Of a stretch of 32,000 nt of DNA, positions 26,544 through 32,000 are shown in pieces. Both the position numbers and the translations under genes were made by a program. Origin of the DNA: Acidothermus cellulolyticus 11B (GTDB taxonomy: Bacteria > Actinomycetota > Actinomycetes > Acidothermales > Acidothermaceae); contig NC_008578.1 in assembly GCF_000015025.1 (NCBI RefSeq), positions 1,860,001 to 1,892,000 on the forward strand, in the 5' to 3' direction. The stretch's first letter is position 1, and the number at the start of each line of letters is the position of its first letter. The notes below the pieces were generated by a model. It was given only the letters and a program-made list of their open reading frames with translations. It ran no database searches and was not told where the DNA came from.

Positions 26544-27742
26544 CGACGACCGCACGCGCATCCGGCGACACCGACGCCTCGTTCGTCGAGACATGCCGGG
26601 AGTTGTTCGTCGCGCGGTTCGGCGGTGACCCGGCCGGTGTCTGGTCGGCTCCCGGGCGGATCAATCTGATTGGTGAACACACCGATTACACCGGCGGCTG
26701 CGTGCTGCCCGTTGCCATCGATCGGCGCACGTACGTGGCGGCGCGACCCCGGCCGGACGGCATGCTGCGGATCGTCTCGCATGCGTACGCCGGGCAGCCC
26801 CCCGTCTTCCTCGGCAGCGCCGACCTCCATCCGGAATCCGCCGCGCACCAAGGGTGGGCCGCCTACGTCGCCGGAATTCTCTGGGTCTTTCGCAACCGCA
26901 CCGAAATACCGGATGGATTTGATATCGCGGTCTACAGCACCGTGCCGATCGGCGCCGGGCTTTCCTCCTCCGCGGCACTGGAATGCGCGGTGGCGGCTGC
27001 GGTCGCGGATCTCACGGCAACAGCCGTGCCGCCGTCCGAATTGGCCCGCCTCGCCCAGTACGCCGAAAATGCCTACGTCGGTGTTCCGTGCGGAATTCTC
27101 GACCAAATGGCGGCGTGTGTCTGCCAGGCGGAACACGCCTTATTCTTCGACATCGGGGCTGGTCGCTACGAACACATCCCGTTCGCACCGGAGAGCCACG
27201 GCCTAGTGCTCCTCGTGGCCGACACCGGCATCTCGCACCGCCACGCCTCCGGTGAATACGCCAAGCGTCGGGAATCCTGCCGCCAGGCTGAGGACATTCT
27301 CGGTGTCCCGCGGCTTGGTGACATCCGCGCGGCGTCCCTGGAAACGGTTTTGGCGGCGCTGCCCGATGAAACGCTGCGCCGGCGCGTGCGCCACGTCGTC
27401 ACCGAGAACGAGCGGGTCCGCCGGACGGTCGAGCTGCTCCGGTCCGGCCGGTTGGCCGAGATCGGTCCGCTGTTGCTGGCCTCGCACGCGTCGCTGCGGG
27501 ACGACTACGCCGTCAGCACGCCCGAATTGGATGCCGCTGTCGAGGCTGCAATAAGCGGTGGTGCCATCGGAGCGCGACTGACCGGCGGCGGATTCGGCGG
27601 CAGCATCATCGCCCTGGCGCCACGCGACCGCGTCCCGCAGGTCGTCGCCCAGATCCAAGGGGCATTCACCAGTCGCGGTTGGAAGCCGCCCGCGGCTCCG
27701 CTCATTCCCCGGATCGCGGACGGGGTCCGGCGGGACGCGTGA
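26540..27742 (+). CDS. galK: Galactokinase (GHMP kinase)
   Basis: Motifs GRINLIGEHTDYTGG and PIGAGLSSSAALE. GTG 26540 overlaps the galE stop; 400 aa. Confidence 0.9.
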   Translation: MTTTARASGDTDASFVETCRELFVARFGGDPAGVWSAPGRINLIGEHTDYTGGCVLPVAIDRRTYVAARPRPDGMLRIVSHAYAGQPPVFLGSADLHPESAAHQGWAAYVAGILWVFRNRTEIPDGFDIAVYSTVPIGAGLSSSAALECAVAAAVADLTATAVPPSELARLAQYAENAYVGVPCGILDQMAACVCQAEHALFFDIGAGRYEHIPFAPESHGLVLLVADTGISHRHASGEYAKRRESCRQAEDILGVPRLGDIRAASLETVLAALPDETLRRRVRHVVTENERVRRTVELLRSGRLAEIGPLLLASHASLRDDYAVSTPELDAAVEAAISGGAIGARLTGGGFGGSIIALAPRDRVPQVVAQIQGAFTSRGWKPPAAPLIPRIADGVRRDA

Positions 27743-27906
27743 ATTCCCCGCGGGTGTGAATTCGCTGGCGCCTCGGATTTCCAGCCGCCGCGCATTTCCA
27801 GCCACCGTGAATTGCCAGGTGGCTGCGCATTTCCAGGCGCTGCGCATTTCCAGCGGCTGCGCATTTCCAGCCACCGTGAATTGCCAGCCGCTGCGTATTT
27901 CCAGCC
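27738..27906. repeat. Tandem array of ten ~17-bp units (two variants: GCTGCGCATTTCCAG-type and CCGTGAATTGCCAG-type) between convergent genes
   Basis: Units start at about 27738, 27754, 27771, 27788, 27805, 27822, 27839, 27856, 27874 and 27890. The first unit contains the galK stop codon (TGA 27740-27742). Units 4-6 can form an 8-bp hairpin, CAGCCACC (27799-27806) / GGTGGCTG (27818-27825). Confidence 0.85.
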
Positions 27907-27933
27907 GGTCGTCGCCGGGACAGGCAGCGTCGG

Positions 27934-28446
27934 CTAGGCCTCGGCCTGCGGCGGCTCTTCGACGAGGATGCCGCCGTCGCGGAGCATCGCACGGGCCTGC
28001 TCAGCGTGGCCGCCGCGGGCCACGACGTCGTACTTCAACGCGACGAGCGAACGCATCGAGGCGAAATCGCGGCGCCCTCTCGTCGCCAGGTGGCCGACCG
28101 CGCCGAACGTCGCGCCCCAGAGCGCGCCGATGATGACGCCGCCAAGCACCAGGCCGAGCCACCGTGGTCCATTGGTGAAAAGGCCGACCAGCAAGCCGAT
28201 GAACAGCCCGAACCACGCCCCACTCGCCGCGCCTGCCGCCGCGGCACGCGTGGTGGTGAGCCGGCCGGTCACCCGCTCGAGGATGCGCAGGTCAGATCCG
28301 ACGATGTCGACGTACTCCACCGGGAAATGGTGATCGGATAAGTAATCGACAGCGGCCTGCGCTTCTTCGTACGTCGAGAAGCTGGCGACCGTGTTCCACG
28401 CCATCGCGAGCGGATCAAGACGGATCGGCCCTGGGGAGTGCATCAC
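27934..28446 (-). CDS. Conserved actinobacterial membrane protein (general-stress YflT-like N-domain followed by Gly-rich TM segments)
   Basis: VASFSTYEEAQAAVDYLSDHHFPVEYVDIVGSDLRILERVTGRLT, then GAWFGLFIGLLVGLF and LGLVLGGVIIGALWGATFG. AAGGAG lies 7-10 nt before GTG 28446 / ATG 28443. Confidence 0.7.
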   Translation of the reverse strand: MMHSPGPIRLDPLAMAWNTVASFSTYEEAQAAVDYLSDHHFPVEYVDIVGSDLRILERVTGRLTTTRAAAAGAASGAWFGLFIGLLVGLFTNGPRWLGLVLGGVIIGALWGATFGAVGHLATRGRRDFASMRSLVALKYDVVARGGHAEQARAMLRDGGILVEEPPQAEA

Positions 28447-28556
28447 CGTACGGCTCCTTCGCTTGGGCGTCCTGCACGCGCTCGGCGGCTGTGTTCCACT
28501 CGCGCTCTTGTTCCAGCGATCGTGTCCAGCCTAAGGCGCGGAACGGCCGGCGCGCA

Positions 28557-28705
28557 GCCGGCCGCCCGTCGCGTCGGCAATCGGGCGGAGGCGATCGCCC
28601 GGTCGCCGGTCGCGTCGCCAACCGCCCGGCCGCCAACCAGCCGGTCGCCGGTCGCGTCGCCGGTCGCGGCGCCACCCAACCGCCCAGCCGTCAACCGCCC
28701 GGCTG
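28557..28705. repeat. About 3 imperfect tandem copies of a 42-bp GC-rich unit in a divergent intergenic region
   Basis: CCGGTCGCCGGTCGCGTCGCC is identical at 28599-28619 and 28641-28661. AACCGCCC(G/A)GCC recurs at 28620, 28677 and 28693. There is a weaker copy around 28561-28588. Confidence 0.75.
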
Positions 28706-28841
28706 CCGGCGGCTCACCCGGCATGATTTGCCGAGCCTAGCTCTCGGGTCACCGCCCGACGTGCCGGTCGAACGTGTCAGTCGGGAGGAGCAGGATCGGC
28801 TAAGGTGCCGGGTGCGGATCGACCGCGGGGGAGGCTGACTC

Positions 28842-31800
28842 GTGCATGCCACGCAATGGCGTCGTCGCGTGACGACAATCGGGCTTCTTGTCGTCGTCCT
28901 GGGGTGGACGGCCCACGCCGCGAGCAGCGATCATGCGGAGCAAACACAACTACGGCGCGTTGCGACGCCGCCGATCTCTGCCCTTGCCGTGAACGCCCAG
29001 CCCAGCGACGCCGCCGTCCCGCTCGTTCTCGATTCCGCCGCTCCCGCAGCGATCGCGGGGCCGCCCCAGATCCCGCAGCCGGACACCGCAAACGCATCGA
29101 CGTCCGGCCGAGTGCCGACAACAAGACCGCTCGCCGGTGACACGCCGGTCCAGGCGACCATCGCGCTGCGGTCAGCCGTGGTGCCGTCAGCCATTGACGC
29201 CGGCATCCACCGTTTGCGCACCAACGGGCTCAGCGTGACGTTGCTCGGCGATCCGCCGGTTGCCCTGCTGGTGCATGGGACCGCCCGCCAGGTCAACCGC
29301 GTGTTCCGCACCTCGGTCGTGAGCTACCGCGGGATCGCCGATCAGGAGATTCTGACGTTCGCCATGCCGCCCGCGCTCCCGGCCGACCTCGCCGCGGCGA
29401 CCGGGACGGCCTTCGTCCGTCGCGGCCAGGCGACGTCCGCCCACCGGCTCACCGCCGTCCCGGCCGCTTTCTCTACCGCCGGCGGCGCGGTTTCGCCGCA
29501 ACCGTGCACCGCCGCAGCAAACGCCGCCTCCGCCACCGGTGCGCACACGGCCGATCAGATCGCCAGCCACTACAACATCGGACCGCTGTACGCAGCTGCG
29601 CCCCAACGCCCAGTCACCGTCGCGCTTGTCGAATTCGAGCCCTTCAATCCGGCTGACATTGCGGCATTCCAGCAGTGCTACGGCACGCACGCCACGGTGA
29701 CCACCGTCCAGGTGGACGGCGGAGCCGGTGCCGGAACGGGGTCCGGCCGGGCGGCCACGGACATCGAGATGGTGATCGCCGCCGCGCCGGACGCCAATAT
29801 CGTCGTCTACCAGGCGCCCGGAGACACCGGAAGCGTCTACGACACCTATGCGCGGATCGCCGCCGACAACACCGCCCAGGTGGTCGTCACCAGCTGGGGC
29901 ATCTGCGAACCGACGGCGACGGTTTCTTCGCTTCCGACGCTGGAGCGGCCCCTCTTCGAGCAGATGGCACGCAATGGGCAGACCGTTCTCGCAGCAGCCG
30001 GTGACAGCGGATCGGCCGCTTGCTACGCGCCGCCGTCAGCCACCGACACCTCCCTCGCCGTGCTCGACCCGGCGAGTCAACCCACGATCACCGCAGTAGG
30101 CGGTACGTCGTTCGCCGGTGTCAGCGATCCAGACATCTCCTGGCACACGGCCGGCGGTGCCGGCGGCGGGGGAATCTCCCACATCTGGCCGATGCCGCGC
30201 TACCAAGCGGGCGCGACCACGACGCAGAATTCCCCGGCTCTGTGCAACGCGCCAACCGGATCGGCGTGCCGGCAGGTGCCCGACATCAGCATGCTTGCCG
30301 ACCCGACGCACGGATACGTGGCCTACGTCGGCGGCACGTGGCGGGCGGTCGGCGGCACCGGAGCGGCAACTGCGACATTCGCCGGCATTCTCGCCCTGAT
30401 CGACGAAAGTTGCGTCGCGGGTCCGGTTGGATTGATCAATCCGGCGTTGTACCGGCTGGCCGGCACCTCCGCGGTGGTGGATGTCACCCAGGGCCCGAAC
30501 ACCGACCTGACCGGAACGAACGGCGGGGCGTACCCGCCGGCGACCGGCGTGGACCTGGCCACCGGGCTGGGCCGACCCGATGCCGCGGCCCTCGCCGCCG
30601 CACTCTGCCCGCCGACAGGAGCCGCAGGCTCAGGCACGATCACGGTCGATCCGAACCTGGTCGTGACCAACAGCTCGACGTCCCTCACCTTCCGCTACAC
30701 GCCGGCGAGCGGCACCGGGATGGTCAACGGGGAACTCGACATCACCGTGCCGGGAACGTGGTCGCTGCCGACAACCACTTCCGGTCAGCCGGGTTACACG
30801 ACCGCCGATGCAGGTGTTCTTACGGTCAGCGGCAACACCATCGTGCTTCGATCGATCACTCTGCCGGCGAACTCGACGGTGACCGTGACGTTCGGTGACA
30901 CCAGCGGCGGCCCCGGCGCGCGGACGCCGTCCGCCGCGCAAATCACCACGTTCGCGACGGCCAGCGCGCCGGCGTCCGCCGGTGGAGCGGCCGGACTGGC
31001 CCGCAATCCCGCTGTCCGGGTACTCACCCCGGGTGGCAGCCAAGCCGGGCAGGGCACGTTGCTGCGGATCGCAGGAGCCGATCGTATCGGTACCGCCATC
31101 GCGGCTTCCCAATTGCGGTTCACCACCGGTGGAGCGAGCGCGGTCGTGCTTGCCCGGGCGGACATTTTCCCCGACGCGCTCGCCGGAGTGCCGTTGGCGG
31201 CGCAGGTGCACGGGCCGCTTCTCCTCACCCCGCCGTCCTCGTTACCGATTGCCGTGCTCAATGAAATCCAGCGGGTTCTTCCGGTCGGCGGACCGGTCTT
31301 CCTCCTCGGCGGAACCGCAGCTCTCTCCGCAACCGTCGAGCAGCAACTGGTGACGCTCGGCTATCTGCCGCACCGGATTTCCGGGATGGATCGTTTTGAT
31401 ACCGCCGTTCAAATCGCCCACGCTCTCGGGGATCCGACAACAATCCTCGAATGCAGTGGTCTTGATTTTCCCGACGCGCTCTCGGCTGGACCTGCCGCGG
31501 TCATCACCCACGGCGCGGTCCTGCTCACCGCCGGCCCAGACCAGGCGGCGGCCACTGCGGCGTACCTCACCGTCCACCCGCGCGTGACGCGGTACGCGAT
31601 CGGCGGACCGGCGGCCCACGCAGATCCAGGCGCCATACCACTGGTCGGTGCGGATCGTTACGCGACGTCCGTGCTCGTCGCCCAGCAGTTCTTCACCGCG
31701 CCGTCCGGGATTGGTCTCGCGAGCGGTGCGGCGTTCCCTGACGCCCTGGCCGGCGGCCCGGCGACAGCGGAGGCTGGGGGTCCGTTGCTGCTCGTGCCGC

Positions 31801-31955
31801 CAAGCGGCGCACTGCCCACCGGGACGGCGAACTACTTCAGCGCCGTCGCCAGCAGCGTGCTGACCGGTTGGCTCTTCGGCGGAACCGCTGCGGTCGGTAC
31901 GGATATCGCTTCCGAGACCGCTCAGGCGCTTGTCCTCGTCCCACCGCCAAGCTGA
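28842..31955 (+). CDS. Secreted S53 (sedolisin)-like protein with prodomain, predicted catalytically inactive peptidase domain, Ig-like middle region and three C-terminal CWB2 cell-wall-binding repeats
   Basis: GTG 28842 follows GGGGGAGG, and there is a signal peptide (RRRVTTIGLLVVVLGWTAHAAS). Prodomain-like segment LRTNGLSVT...GTARQVNRVF. S53 landmarks are VTSWG, AAAGDSGS and VGGTGAATATFAG. Three repeats of the form G(A/M)DR(I/F/Y).T(A/S)...FPDAL(A/S)(G/A).P...G(P/A)(L/V)LL(T/V) span about 31060-31940. Confidence 0.85.
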   Translation: MHATQWRRRVTTIGLLVVVLGWTAHAASSDHAEQTQLRRVATPPISALAVNAQPSDAAVPLVLDSAAPAAIAGPPQIPQPDTANASTSGRVPTTRPLAGDTPVQATIALRSAVVPSAIDAGIHRLRTNGLSVTLLGDPPVALLVHGTARQVNRVFRTSVVSYRGIADQEILTFAMPPALPADLAAATGTAFVRRGQATSAHRLTAVPAAFSTAGGAVSPQPCTAAANAASATGAHTADQIASHYNIGPLYAAAPQRPVTVALVEFEPFNPADIAAFQQCYGTHATVTTVQVDGGAGAGTGSGRAATDIEMVIAAAPDANIVVYQAPGDTGSVYDTYARIAADNTAQVVVTSWGICEPTATVSSLPTLERPLFEQMARNGQTVLAAAGDSGSAACYAPPSATDTSLAVLDPASQPTITAVGGTSFAGVSDPDISWHTAGGAGGGGISHIWPMPRYQAGATTTQNSPALCNAPTGSACRQVPDISMLADPTHGYVAYVGGTWRAVGGTGAATATFAGILALIDESCVAGPVGLINPALYRLAGTSAVVDVTQGPNTDLTGTNGGAYPPATGVDLATGLGRPDAAALAAALCPPTGAAGSGTITVDPNLVVTNSSTSLTFRYTPASGTGMVNGELDITVPGTWSLPTTTSGQPGYTTADAGVLTVSGNTIVLRSITLPANSTVTVTFGDTSGGPGARTPSAAQITTFATASAPASAGGAAGLARNPAVRVLTPGGSQAGQGTLLRIAGADRIGTAIAASQLRFTTGGASAVVLARADIFPDALAGVPLAAQVHGPLLLTPPSSLPIAVLNEIQRVLPVGGPVFLLGGTAALSATVEQQLVTLGYLPHRISGMDRFDTAVQIAHALGDPTTILECSGLDFPDALSAGPAAVITHGAVLLTAGPDQAAATAAYLTVHPRVTRYAIGGPAAHADPGAIPLVGADRYATSVLVAQQFFTAPSGIGLASGAAFPDALAGGPATAEAGGPLLLVPPSGALPTGTANYFSAVASSVLTGWLFGGTAAVGTDIASETAQALVLVPPPS

Positions 31956-32000
31956 CCGGCCTGCCGCCGAACTCGCTGGCTTCACACCGCCGAACTGACC
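31941..32000. repeat. ~22-nt tandem repeat (CACCGCC(A/G)A(G/A)CTGACC-like) x3 starting on the stop codon of the S53-like gene; runs to window edge
   Basis: CCACCGCCAAGCTGACC at 31941-31957 (contains TGA 31953-31955). CTGCCGCCGAACTCGCTGG at 31961-31979. ACACCGCCGAACTGACC at 31984-32000. Confidence 0.6.

Noticed and set aside
28443-28724. 93-aa minus-strand ORF through the 42-bp repeats, stop-start overlapped with the membrane-protein gene
   Set aside because: It has no Shine-Dalgarno, its sequence is repeat-derived and low-complexity, and coding bias weakens toward the 3' end. It is kept only as a low-priority item under findings.

Overview
High-G+C, actinobacterial-type chromosomal segment, mostly ordinary core metabolism. 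In order: a 5'-truncated yihY-family membrane gene, a small ORF, tRNA-Lys(CTT), a translationally coupled methylcitrate-cycle operon prpD-prpB-prpC, a secreted GH3/PA14 beta-glucosidase, a PaaI-type thioesterase, a sensor GGDEF-EAL gene broken by a 1-nt frameshift, an intact secreted S53 (sedolisin) peptidase, and an HTH regulator divergent from folE. Next comes a lower-G+C accessory islet at about 15.07-18.39 kb: a frameshifted IS110-family transposase, an orphan secreted-protein plus small-membrane-protein pair, a strong hairpin, and a 2-repeat/1-spacer type I-E-like CRISPR remnant. After it: a PE-Pol LigD, bioY, a beta-carbonic anhydrase, an MFS transporter-galM pair divergent from a coupled galT-galE-galK operon, a conserved membrane protein, and a 1037-aa S53 homologue fused to three CWB2 wall-binding repeats. 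Three things stand out. (1) The second S53 protein lacks the catalytic Glu and Ser by motif inspection, so it looks like a wall-anchored pseudo-protease. (2) The IS110-flanked low-GC islet carries an uncharacterised two-gene module next to an orphan CRISPR remnant. (3) Short tandem duplications (17-72 nt periods) are unusually dense, nearly all sit on or beside gene start/stop codons in a MIRU/VNTR-like way, and they include a 10-unit 17-bp array after galK. I see no complete, clearly new multi-gene system. All calls come from reading motifs by eye; no searches were run.
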